A DNA stretch of 61,435 nucleotides, counting the filler, from Squatina squatina (lineage: Eukaryota), in assembly GCA_031763465.1 (NCBI GenBank). It is 4 parts of 4 records of this genome, joined end to end, with 100 filler letters (N's around TTAATTAATTAA, not from the genome) between each part and the next. Parts side by side here need not be neighbours in the genome. Positions count along the whole stretch, not along the records: positions 1 to 17,220 come from JARFOE010000235.1; positions 17,321 to 31,702 come from JARFOE010000168.1; 2 more parts are not named here. The stretch is one strand, 5' to 3'. A program made the position numbers and the translations under genes. The notes beneath the pieces are model-generated. The model worked only from the letters and a program-made list of their open reading frames with translations, was not told the DNA's origin and ran no database searches. Of the stretch, positions 12,227 to 22,804 are shown piece by piece (positions within the stretch are counted from its first letter, which is position 1; each line of letters begins with the position of its first letter).

Positions 12227-15200
12227 TACGCTCCAAAGTGTGTTTAACAAACTTTTTTAACATTTAGAGCAGTTACCTGGTTTGCTAACATTATAGACCC
12301 ATTATTGCAGCTGTATTGTGATGGGTTGTTAGTTTTAAATTGTCACCAGCTACATTGCATTCTCAGACATTGCAAATTTCAAAGCCACGGGTACCGGAAT
12401 GTTTGTTTTTAACGGTTTATTAATTATGATAGAAAATGAGCATTTCTCCTGTTTTTCTGTGAAATTAGAATGACAGGTCCTGGGCAACACGGGGAAGACA
12501 TGCTATGCAAGAAAGTAAGCCAACTATCGGAAAGTGAGTGGAGTCAGGGTAACTGAAACCACATGGTTCAGGCCATGGGATCTGAGGTAGGTTTGAGTCA
12601 GTTTGGCGTTTGGATATTTCGTATAGAAAAACAATGTTGGCCGTGGTTGTGTCTGTATATGAATCCAGTGATCTCTTTGTACTCTGAAGATAGATGTTAT
12701 AAGTTCTGTTCATCATGGACAGGAAATTCGGTGGGGTCCACTGACCTCAGTGCCCAAGTTCCTGATATGAGCTCCTGGCAAGTGAAGGTCTTTGAGAGGG
12801 TGGAAATTCATAGAACCTACTTCTAAATGTAGTAACAGTCTTGAACTAAGTAACTTCAGTACACCTTTTAAACTGTCATTAACATGCATTTCATTTTATT
12901 GAGACTAGAATATATCATAAAAGCCGTAGATGAATGAATAATAGGTTTGGAATTTAATCGCAGGGTTCATCTAAAACCACTCAAGCCTAGAATAAATTGC
13001 AGCTTTAGTACTCACTCCCAATCATCTCATCATTCTATATATAATTTGCACATGACACTGCTGTATATTACAAGTTCCCATCACAGCATATGAAAGAATA
13101 AAATAGCATATTGTGGTGCAAAGATGATCTGACTGTGGGCAGTGCTGAGATTCTGGTGACACACAGGCACAAGAGCACGACCAGGCTGAATGTTGCAACA
13201 TGAGTTGAGATCNNNNNNNNNNNNNNNNNNNNNNNNNNNNNNNNNNNNNNNNNNNNNNNNNNNNNNNNNNNNNNNNNNNNNNNNNNNNNNNNNNNNNNNN
13301 NNNNNNNNNNNNNNNNNNNNNNNNNNNNNNNNNNNNNNNNNNNNNNNNNNNNNNNNNNNNNNNNNNNNNNNNNNNNNNNNNNNNNNNNNNNNNNNNNNNN
13401 NNNNNNNNNNNNNNNNNNNNNNNNNNNNNNNNNNNNNNNNNNNNNNNNNNNNNNNNNNNNNNNNNNNNNNNNNNNNNNNNNNNNNNNNNNNNNNNNNNNN
13501 NNNNNNNNNNNNNNNNNNNNNNNNNNNNNNNNNNNNNNNNNNNNNNNNNNNNNNNNNNNNNNNNNNNNNNNNNNNNNNNNNNNNNNNNNNNNNNNNNNNN
13601 NNNNNNNNNNNNNNNNNNNNNNNNNNNNNNNNNNNNNNNNNNNNNNNNNNNNNNNNNNNNNNNNNNNNNNNNNNNNNNNNNNNNNNNNNNNNNNNNNNNN
13701 NNNNNNNNNNNNNNNNNNNNNNNNNNNNNNNNNNNNNNNNNCTGTTTAACTGTACAATCTACCAGTATCTATCGTGTAAACTCATTAGTACTGTGCTGGG
13801 GAGATGAATATTTGAATTCTTATTTGGCAGCAGCAATTTGGAGATATGTGAGTACCTCTGAGAAATGTGTGAAGACTTATGCAATACAGTGGTTGGGGAA
13901 ATCTGTCAAAAGCTGTGTGTCACATGTAGAGAGATTAGAGCTTCACTTGATCCATGAAAGCACTCTTACTTGTGTTGGCGGCTGTGGAGTAAGATATTAA
14001 GTTTGTGTGACAACTGGCATATAATGCATTTCGCATTAAATCCTGGCACAGGACGGGTCTCGATGAGGCCAACTTTTTTTTTCTTATTTTTCATATCTTC
14101 GCGTGATGGTACCTTTCATGTGAGGAAATGAAAACTGAAATGAAATGACTGAAATGTAGCACTGCTTTAGTAAAATACTGGCGCTTCTGTTTCTGATATT
14201 TGTTTAGAGAACATCAAAGGACTTAGATCAAAGGAAAGGTGATGGCAATGGTGGAGGGTGGGGGGTATTGAGGGAGGGTGAGCAGAAAGGACCTGCGACA
14301 TTACCACAATTTCTACTAATCTCTCCCTCCCGCAATTCAAGAGACAGACGTTGAGGCNNNNNNNNNNNNNNNNNNNNNNNNNNNNNNNNNNNNNNNNNNN
14401 NNNNNNNNNNNNNNNNNNNNNNNNNNNNNNNNNNNNNNNNNNNNNNNNNNNNNNNNNCATTCCCATACATTTTCTTTATATTCCAGCCTTATTCACTACA
14501 AAGATTTCAATCGAACTTCTGACTGCAAGATTCTGCTAAATAATAATCCATTCTGCATTGCCTACTGTGACACTCTATCCTTTTAAAGCCCTATATCCTT
14601 CAGCTCAACGTGAATAACACAATGGGCGATTCACTCATTTTATTACAAAGCATGCAGGACAGACTATTAGAATGATAATTCATATGTGCCCATTTCTTTA
14701 CGTTGAATAGTATGAATTACCACTATTACTGTGAAATGATGTAATCATACTTCTTGTGGAATGATTTCCAGAAGCAGTTTGACGTACTGGGTATTTAAGG
14801 CCAGTGCAGCTGCCACTTCCATTGAGTGATCTGGCGAGTGCTGGGCCAAGACCTGTAATTTAGGACCCACAGTTGCTGCACTCAGTGCACAGATGGTTAA
14901 ACAATAGCAACGACAGCAGCTCCTTGGCTGCGAATTGGCCTGAGCAGAGCCTCAGCCAGCGAGCAGACATTTCCCCCAGGGCTCAGCAGTCACAGACTCA
15001 GTGTCTGCAACTAGCCGCATCCACGGTCTGTGATGATCACATGAGATCAGAAGAAGCAGCCACAGTCTCCGAAAAGGCCACAGAGACATTTATTATGAAG
15101 AGACTGGTATTTGTCACAAACACAGACATCTAGAGACATAATCAGCGGAGAATGCTGCAACAAAAACATCCCTATCATTAAGAAAAATGCTGATAATGTA

Positions 15201-16264
15201 AATAATGCAAGTGGCACACAGGCAAGCACTTGTACTTTGTTCTTCATTACAGTGTCTGCTTTGTAGCGTGTTTGATTTTCACCGACTTTCTTTATGCACT
15301 TGTGTTAAATACAGAGCTTTCCTGAATTTCAGTAAAATTATTCTGACTTATTTGTGGGTCCGTTCTGATGATTTCTATCGAAAACTGACAGTGGGTAACG
15401 GTTAATCACCATCTTCATCCTGTAACCATGTAACTCAGGGTGACTTATTAAGATATTCCTCATGAAAGGGATTAAAATATTATGCTGCAGTCATACTGTT
15501 TTGACCAATGGTTATGCTTTCAGGGTTTTTGACACTATTTTCTTTCTTAATGTATTGGCAGCAGTCCCTGTAAGCAGATCCTATCCCTTATGATCTAGCA
15601 GTTGGATCTTTTCTATATTCTGCCCTCGCAGAGGTGCATATCACAGGAATTACCAATCACCCTACTTGTTGGCTGGATTTTGCACACAGACAAGAGGCTT
15701 ACAGAGTAAAGCCAGTAGTAACTTTATTGACAAGCAGGTAGTAANNNNNNNNNNNNNNNNNNNNNNNNNNNNNNNNNNNNNNNNNNNNNNNNNNNNNNNN
15801 NNNNNNNNNNNNNNNNNNNNNNNNNNNNNNNNNNNNNNNNNNNNAAATGGAGGAGGTTTAAAATGATAGTCAAGATTTTTCTTTAACTTTACACACGCAG
15901 TAAAATATACCCAGCGTATGGTTTTAATATCCACATTTTACTCAGTGCTTAACAACATTCAGTGAAAATCCCATTAATCATGACTGTCATCCTGTCCTTT
16001 AACTCTCTGCCCCGGAGATCAAATGATTCTCCTCATGTACATGGAATAAGCATTACACATGTCTTCATGTCCCACTGAAAAGATAGCATCTAAAACATTC
16101 ACGATTGTCTGCCAGCTTTTAACCTGATTAAGATAAATGGGGTTGCTGAGAAAAACAGCAAACCAGCACTAGTGCTGGGGTAGAATTGGCGAAAACTGGG
16201 AGAGGACCCTTTTCTTCTCCATATCAACCAGCATCTCTAAACAGAGGCCGTCCGGCCATTCCAG

Positions 16265-16395
16265 TTTGCTGCGTTCAAATTGGCTGCCGTGTTTCCCTAC
16301 ATTACAACAGTGATCACACTTCAAAAGTACTTCATTGACTGCAAGGCGCTTCGGGGTGTCCTGAAGTCGTGAAAGGCGCTATATAAATGCAAGTG
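16265..16395 (+). mobile_element. DeuSINE 3' portion
   Basis: caaattggctgccgtgtttccctacattacaacagtga..gtgaaaggcgctatataaatgcaagt. Confidence 0.85.
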
Positions 16396-17220
16396 ATGAT
16401 TTTTTTTTTCTTTCTACAGAATTAATGGCCCACTGACAAAATTGCAGTCTCAGAAAGTGCCCANNNNNNNNNNNNNNNNNNNNNNNNNNNNNNNNNNNNN
16501 NNNNNNNNNNNNNNNNNNNNNNNNNNNNNNNNNNNNNNNNNNNNNNNNNNNNNNNNNNNNNNNCCAAAACACACAGATATTAATGTTTCTATAAATATTT
16601 AGCAATATGAACAGTGAACCTCGGCAGAAGCCAGGATTTCGAACCAGCTCCCACTCTGAGAAGAATTCTTTGGCATGAATTTGCAAAAAGAACTTCCAAC
16701 GAAGACCCTGTGGGGACCAGTGCAGATAATAGACATGTTTACATCAAGGTTTTATGAACAGAATTGAGATATATAGGATAACGGACAGATGGTAGCAAGT
16801 TACAAAGCTGTAACTCAATCGAGCAGCTCAGTCTCATGGTTCATGAACCTCAATAAGATTTACCCCTCCCCTCGCCCAGAGATTGAATTTCAGCCATAAA
16901 ATGATTGGCTAGACATTTACTGATTATTCTTTATAATTCACCCACCCTCTAGTTTATTTTTCAATAGTATCTTTCAAATGTTTTAGGATTTATTTTGCAC
17001 GACTATCCATTGCATTCCTCTCAGCTGCCCTGTTTTAATTGGGGCATCTGATTTTAAGTGTCTCTGCTAAGGAAAAACATCCGTGACGTGCCAAGCCAGC
17101 AAAATTGGACAGTTTGAGATGCGTAAATAACCCAAGCACTGACTCGAGTTCTACCCTTTCAACATATTGCACGTTAAGAGGTCTGATCCAAATCACAAGC
17201 TGACTGGGAGCCACAAGGCA

Positions 17221-17320
17221 NNNNNNNNNNNNNNNNNNNNNNNNNNNNNNNNNNNNNNNNNNNNTTAATTAATTAANNNNNNNNNNNNNNNNNNNNNNNN
17301 NNNNNNNNNNNNNNNNNNNN
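17221..17320. other. Synthetic scaffold linker N44-TTAATTAATTAA-N44
   Basis: 12-mer centred in a 100-nt gap; gives TAA stops in all six frames; recurs at 31747 and 46336. Confidence 0.95.
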
Positions 17321-17353
17321 CTGGCAGGCGATATCATTTCTGTTCCATTAGTC

Positions 17354-17450
17354 ATGGGTCATTTGGATTTGAAAAACTTTGCTTTGGGAATTTTGATTCT
17401 GCTTTGCATGCAGCCAGGTCTTGCTAACAAAGAGCACTGGACCTATCAAG
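17354..17450 (+). CDS. CA6: Carbonic anhydrase VI exon 1 (signal peptide and WTY motif)
   Basis: MGHLDLKNFALGILILLCMQPGLANKEHWTYQ; donor gtaaac at 17451, phase 1 matching the next exon. Confidence 0.88.
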
Positions 17451-17700
17451 GTAAACAAAATGTTCATCTTATCTGTGGTTTAATCTCACACAAAATCTTG
17501 GTCTACAAAAGCTTTCCTTCTCTTTTTCAAATTGAATGCGTGCATTGTAAGGAGGAACGGTGGCTAGATAATTAATTTAGTACTGAATTATGAAACTGCA
17601 AGTAACTTATGTGAGCGAGAAAAAATGTGGAGTGCAAATTAAGAATCTGGCGGCGAATGGTTTTGAAGGTGTTTGCTGAATTTCTGTTGCTGTTTAACAG

Positions 17701-17883
17701 AAGGGGACTTGAATGAAGTTCACTGGAGTTTGAAATATCCAGCCTGCTCTGGCAAGCACCAATCTCCCATTGACATTCAGAGGAAAAAAGTGAAGTACAA
17801 TGCTACCCTTCCCCACTTAGAGTTAAGTGGATACAATCGACCACACGAGGGAACATTCCTAATGATCAATAATGGACATTCAG
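17701..17883 (+). CDS. CA6: Carbonic anhydrase VI exon 2
   Basis: [36 protein letters not shown] alpha-CA motifs; acceptor ttaacag, donor gtctag. Confidence 0.93.
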
Positions 17884-17984
17884 GTCTAGTACTCTTTTGA
17901 TCTGTTTTACCAATAAAATGACACTTCCTTTAAAAAGTTTTTTTGTATAATAGTATCTGTATAATATTGAGTCTCTGCTAGATC

Positions 17985-18320
17985 TTTTCCTCAATGTTGT
18001 TCCTTTCTATTCTGGAGGGACTGACTCTTGCTGATATACAGTTCCACAGATGAGGCAGGCCTTTGGTACTGCACCCAAGTGGTTCATTCTTCATATCTGA
18101 GTCTGGGCAATGAATGGTGGTAAACTATTCAGTCATGGAGAGCATGATAGTTAAGCTCTGTTCTCACCCTATATGCACTCTTAATCATTTCCCAGAATGG
18201 GGTGGGGAGGTGTGCGGGTGGGGAGGCGGAAGCGAACTTGATAGTGATAAGGAGCTAATTTTTCCTCACCAGGGGCACTATAACGCTATAATTGACTGAG
18301 ATTGCTTAAATTAGCATAAC
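17985..18320 (-). mobile_element. Ancient tRNA-derived SINE, AmnSINE2-like, decayed
   Basis: Resembles the reverse complement of 45905-46275; family name from recall. Confidence 0.45.
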
Positions 18321-18334
18321 GCATGGGAACTATT

Positions 18335-18531
18335 TTTAAATTGTAGACTGAGAGGGCTAACGGGGTGCAAATACCTTACCGACCAGGCGCGGCGTTGTTA
18401 ATGACTCCCGCTGTATTGGGCGGGAGTTTAGCGGCGGCGCTACGGCTTTGCGCCCCGATCTCCTGCGCCCGGAGGTCGTGACATCATCGCCGTGCTCATC
18501 GCCCCGTTGGTGCCCCCGGCCATGAAATTCT
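18335..18531. mobile_element. GC-rich MITE fragment related to 8714 and 3398
   Basis: Shares gctaacgggg and gtgacatca motifs with those copies. Confidence 0.55.
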
Positions 18532-19019
18532 NNNNNNNNNNNNNNNNNNNNNNNNNNNNNNNNNNNNNNNNNNNNNNNNNNNNNNNNNNNNNNNNNNNNN
18601 NNNNNNNNNNNNNNNNNNNNNNNNNNNNNNNGTGATGTAGCTGTTGATTAGACTTACTGGAATTGAAATATTCCTTGAAGAATGGACTACTTGGAGGGCA
18701 GAACTGAAAAGGCACAAACTTCAGCATTAATTGGTAGGTTTATTCTAAGGGAGAAACCAGAAGTCAAATTGGTACAGTTGGGAATGTTTTTTCTGAGGTT
18801 GCGGTTAATGTTCCATTTGGGGCAATGCTTAGAAAATTTTGCACTGTATTTCATTGATTTGATGTTGGCACAGAATGTAAGAGGTTCAGTGTTCCATTGC
18901 TCAGTATTGGTATTCTTCATCAAAAGAAGCAAAAATTAACAGAAGAGGTTGGGGGACACTTCAGAAGTTGGAGTGAATAAAAATGGCCACTGACAATCTT
19001 TTTGCAATTGATTTCAAAG

Positions 19020-19636
19020 GCAGCGAGTTGTCTTCGCAGCTGATCTTCCACTTCTCCGAGGAAAGCCTTTCGAGTTATGTTGAGATCCAAATGCTTCGCA
19101 ACATGAACCTCAGCTCCTTTACTATATGCATGTGGATCAGAACAAGAGATTTCCAGCCAAGGATTCTTCTATCATATGCAACAAAGGATAGTGACAATGA
19201 ACTAGTTATCTCTGTGGGTCTTGACTGGGGGCTATGGATTGGAGGCCACTTTGTGAACATCCCTTTGCATTTCAGGTCAAATGAGTGGGTGCGCTACTGC
19301 GTGACTTGGGAATCTCAATCAGGAGCTGTCGAAATGTGGAATAATGGGCTATCAGGAAAGGTAAAGCATATTAAAAAAGGGTATGTTATTAAAACAGGTG
19401 GAACCCTGCTGCTGGGTAAGGATCAAGATGGTATTGAGGGCATGTTTTCTGATGCTTTTGTTGGTGGTATAACCACTGTTAACATGTGGGATTATGTTCT
19501 CAGCCCCTCAGAAATTCGAAATTTAATGGAATGCAGACACAGAGAGAAAAAGGGCAATGTTGTAGGTTGGGGGAAGAGTCCTATGGCACTGTTTGGTGGA
19601 GTGAAACTTGAAGAGGATAACAGTTGTTTCGGGTAA
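19020..19636 (+). CDS. CA6: Pentraxin-domain terminal exon of CA6 (CA6-PTX fusion)
   Basis: FTICMWIR..LLSYAT..DNEL..WVRYCVTWES..LLLGKDQD..FVGGITTVNMWDYVLSPSEI..GNVVGW; no signal peptide, phase-1 acceptor at 19018-19, stop TAA; same strand downstream of CA6 exons. Confidence 0.88.
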
Positions 19637-19999
19637 TTTATTTCAGGTGAGAGACCCACGGCATTGCTGTGCATTAGCTGCGGGAGGTCAGGGAAATGTT
19701 AATCAATACATCTTCATTATATTGGGGTAGGGAAAGCAGATAAAGCTTTATTTTTACAGACAGCTTTTGAGAATCACTAGTAAACATACATAGCAGTCAC
19801 AAAAAGCTAAGAATTGGGAATGTGGGTCGTAATGACCTCCATCAGAAGAAGTGGGCCTGGAATTTAAAGTGAGCTACTGGAACCTTGTTGGGTAGCCTAC
19901 ATGTATTGTAGAATGAGCAATGAAGTAATTAAATGGAAAAAGATGGAATACTCTACTGATCCTCACTGCCATCACCTTTTCTTTGGTTATTGGTTACGA

Positions 20000-20110
20000 T
20001 AGCTTAATTGTTATGTCACTGGACTAGTAATCCAGTTAAGGCTTGGACCAAGGATCCAGGGAATGTGAGTTCAAATCCCACCATGTCAGCTGGGGAATTT
20101 AAATTCTGTT
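20000..20110 (+). mobile_element. tRNA-derived SINE head, second family
   Basis: gtcactggactagtaatccag..gagttcaaatcccacca B-box-like motif. Confidence 0.6.
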
Positions 20111-20210
20111 NNNNNNNNNNNNNNNNNNNNNNNNNNNNNNNNNNNNNNNNNNNNNNNNNNNNNNNNNNNNNNNNNNNNNNNNNNNNNNNNNNNNNNNNNN
20201 NNNNNNNNNN

Positions 20211-20335
20211 GTGTGCAAATTGGCTGCCGCATTTCCTATATTACAGCAGTGACTACATTTCAAAGAGTACTTCATTGGCTGAAAAGCTCTTTGGAACATC
20301 CTGAGGTTGTGAAAGGAGCGATGTCTTTCTTTTTT
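20211..20335 (+). mobile_element. DeuSINE 3' portion
   Basis: Same tail as 16265 and 22460. Confidence 0.8.
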
Positions 20336-20991
20336 TTTAATGGGGTTCCTGCCTTCCATTTCTATCCAAAACATTTGCCCTGACAATACTTTTCTTCCAT
20401 TCAGGCCTTCGCCATATTTTTGCCATTCAAGTTTGTATGTCTTCCATTTTTTTTCAATAAAGATGCTCCCAAGTTGCCGTGGAGACGCATATCTAGTTGC
20501 TATGGTAATCATGATTTGCCCCGCAGCTTCTCGACATGTAAGGGGAGGAGAGAAATTTTACAAGAAGTCAGAAGCAGCATTTTTAATTCACTTTCTGGTA
20601 TCTAACAATATTCAAGTATTGCAGCAAAGTTTTCCTTACAGAATTTAGTAGTTGCTGTTAAATTCAACACGACTGATTTAAAAAAAACAGTAACAGGCAC
20701 TGTGGTTTTGAAAACAAGCACATGATTCAGAAGTCCACCCATCTTTGGTTGTGCAGTGATTGTGGGAGAGTAGCTCATCTCAGCTCCAAAACCCGGCAAG
20801 GCCGGAGCTTTCTGTTCCAAACACTCGGTCAAGTGACTCGTCCAAAGACCACAGATCTTCACTGTCAGCGTCGCACAAGTGAACAAATGTTTTCTTATAA
20901 CAAAAAGTGCAGCATGTACTGTGCTCCCAGTGTCTTCATCCTGCCCAAAGCCAGTTTATGCACGCCACCCAGTGTCTTTTGGAAAATCAGC

Positions 20992-21201
20992 TCACTCTTC
21001 GGTTACATACAAGGGAGTCGTTGCTGCATTCCGCCGAGGCCCCACTTCCTCATAATTGTTTACCATGGCCTTGTGGGGCATTGGCTCAGTCTCGTACCTA
21101 AAGCAGCTGCACAGGCAGGAAACCAGTCGAGTCCGAACAGCTTGCGTGCAAAGTACGAATATAATGCAATTAGCTGCTCCTTGAAAGGTGTTTCCTATTC
21201 C
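20992..21201 (-). CDS. GPR157: GPR157 last coding exon (TM7 and C-tail)
   Basis: GIGNTFQGAANCIIFVLCTQAVRTRLVSCLCSC matches recalled GPR157 GIGNTFQGGANCIMFVLCTRAVRTRL; acceptor tcctgcag, phase 0, stop TGA; lies next to CA6 as in other vertebrates. Confidence 0.93.
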   Translation of the reverse strand, partial: GIGNTFQGAANCIIFVLCTQAVRTRLVSCLCSCFRYETEPMPHKAMVNNYEEVGPRRNAATTPLYVTEE

Positions 21202-21904
21202 CTGCAGGACATTGATGGTGGGAAGAAACAATTAGCATGCTGGAGAGAAATATTTTTTCAAAAAAAAAAACTGCAACATCCCCTTCTTACAGACAGCTGA
21301 TTCCATACATTGAAGCCTTTCTCGTCACTCCCAATAAGATCATACCTCCTATTAAAAGGGATGGCAGCTCTTACAAGGAGAGTGAGAGTGTGATGGACAC
21401 ACAGGGCCAAATTGCAAGACTTTCAACACAGCAGCAATCATGCTCTAGAAATTACTAGACGCCTGTGACTGCAGTCAAGTTACTGTTCAACCTCAAATGG
21501 AAGACAACTGTGCCCCAACAGATAATTGAGAGCTCCCTATAGCTTAAAGAAAAAGACTTGCATTTAGAGAGCGCCTTTCATGACCTCAGGCCGTCAGTGT
21601 TGGAGGGATGCGCTCTATACTACTGGACTGGGCTCTAGGGTCAGGAGTGGGCGGGGAAAGGCAGGCAAAGTACACACGACCCACAACAACCTCCAGTGAA
21701 GAGAAACTAATATTGTAGCTACCATTACAACTGCGACTACACTTCAAAAGTACTTTATTGGTCGCGAAGTGTTTTCGGACGTCCTGATGTCACGAAAGGC
21801 ATTATTGTAAATGCAAGTCTTTCTCTAACAAAAGGGTTCACATTTCTCCCCCCCCCACCCCAATACCCAGTGAATTATTTTTTTTATCCACATTGCTTGT
21901 CCAA

Positions 21905-21962
21905 GTAATCAATCTTCAATTCCTGGAAATTCCAGGACAATCTTGGATGGTTGGCAAACCTA
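21905..21962. mobile_element. hAT-Blackjack-like MITE terminus
   Basis: ccaggacaatcttggatggttggcaaaccta resembles a TAGGGTTGCCAACC-type TIR. Confidence 0.4.
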
Positions 21963-22044
21963 CCTCCACCCAGGTAATACTTCACACTCTGAATTCTTAG
22001 CACCCGATTGCTTCACTGAATCAAGTTCCCAGTGCGTGGAGATA

Positions 22045-22183
22045 AGACTTATATTTATGTAGCGCCTTTCACAACCTCAATGTCCAAAAACACTTTACAG
22101 CCAATGAAGTACTTTTTGAAGTGTAGTCACTGTTGTAATTTAGGAAAAGCAGCAGCAAGCTTCTACAAACAGCAATGTGATAA
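22045..22183 (-). mobile_element. DeuSINE 3' portion
   Basis: Reverse complement of the tail in 22430-22590. Confidence 0.85.
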
Positions 22184-22283
22184 NNNNNNNNNNNNNNNNN
22201 NNNNNNNNNNNNNNNNNNNNNNNNNNNNNNNNNNNNNNNNNNNNNNNNNNNNNNNNNNNNNNNNNNNNNNNNNNNNNNNNNNN

Positions 22284-22597
22284 ACCTTAAACTGAGGCCC
22301 TGTCTACTCACTCAGGTGGACGTAAATGAGACCATGGCACTATTTAGATGAGGAGCAGAGGAGTTCTCTCCGGTGTCCTGGGCCCAATATTTATCCCTCA
22401 AGTCAACATAAAATAAAACTGATTATCTGGTTATTATCACATTGCTGCTTGTGGGAGCTTGCTGTGCGCAAATTAGCTGTTGTGTTTCCCACATTACAAC
22501 AGTGACTACACTTCAAAAAGTACTTCATTGACTGTAAAGCACTTCGAGACATCTGACGGTCATGAAAGGCGCTATATAAATGCAAGTCTTTCTTTCA
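22284..22597 (+). mobile_element. DeuSINE core and tail
   Basis: ctcaggtggacgtaaa..ccatggcactatt..gaaaggcgctatataaatgcaagtctttctttc. Confidence 0.88.
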
Positions 22598-22695
22598 CTG
22601 AAATGTACTTAAAAAAACTCAGTTGGTTATTCAAACAAGTCAAAGGTGCAATTTCACAGAAATAAAGTGGCGTGTTGCCATTGGGAGCGTGTGTG

Positions 22696-22804
22696 GGGCC
22701 TGATAAGGTGAAGCATTTCTGCGGCAGTATACTTGCTGATTGCTTCTTCTCATTGCACACAACAACCAGCTAAGACACTGCCAAAGAAACACCCACATTT
22801 GGCC
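22696..22804 (-). ncRNA. MIR34A: pre-miR-34a hairpin
   Basis: 5p arm 22783-22762 reads UGGCAGUGUCUUAGCUGGUUGU (canonical miR-34a-5p); 3p arm 22742-22721 CAAUCAGCAAGUAUACUGCCGC pairs with it; between GPR157 and SPSB1. Confidence 0.97.

Noticed and set aside
12469-12533. Exon candidate between ttag and gtgagt
   Set aside because: Two open frames, neither recognisable; not enough support.
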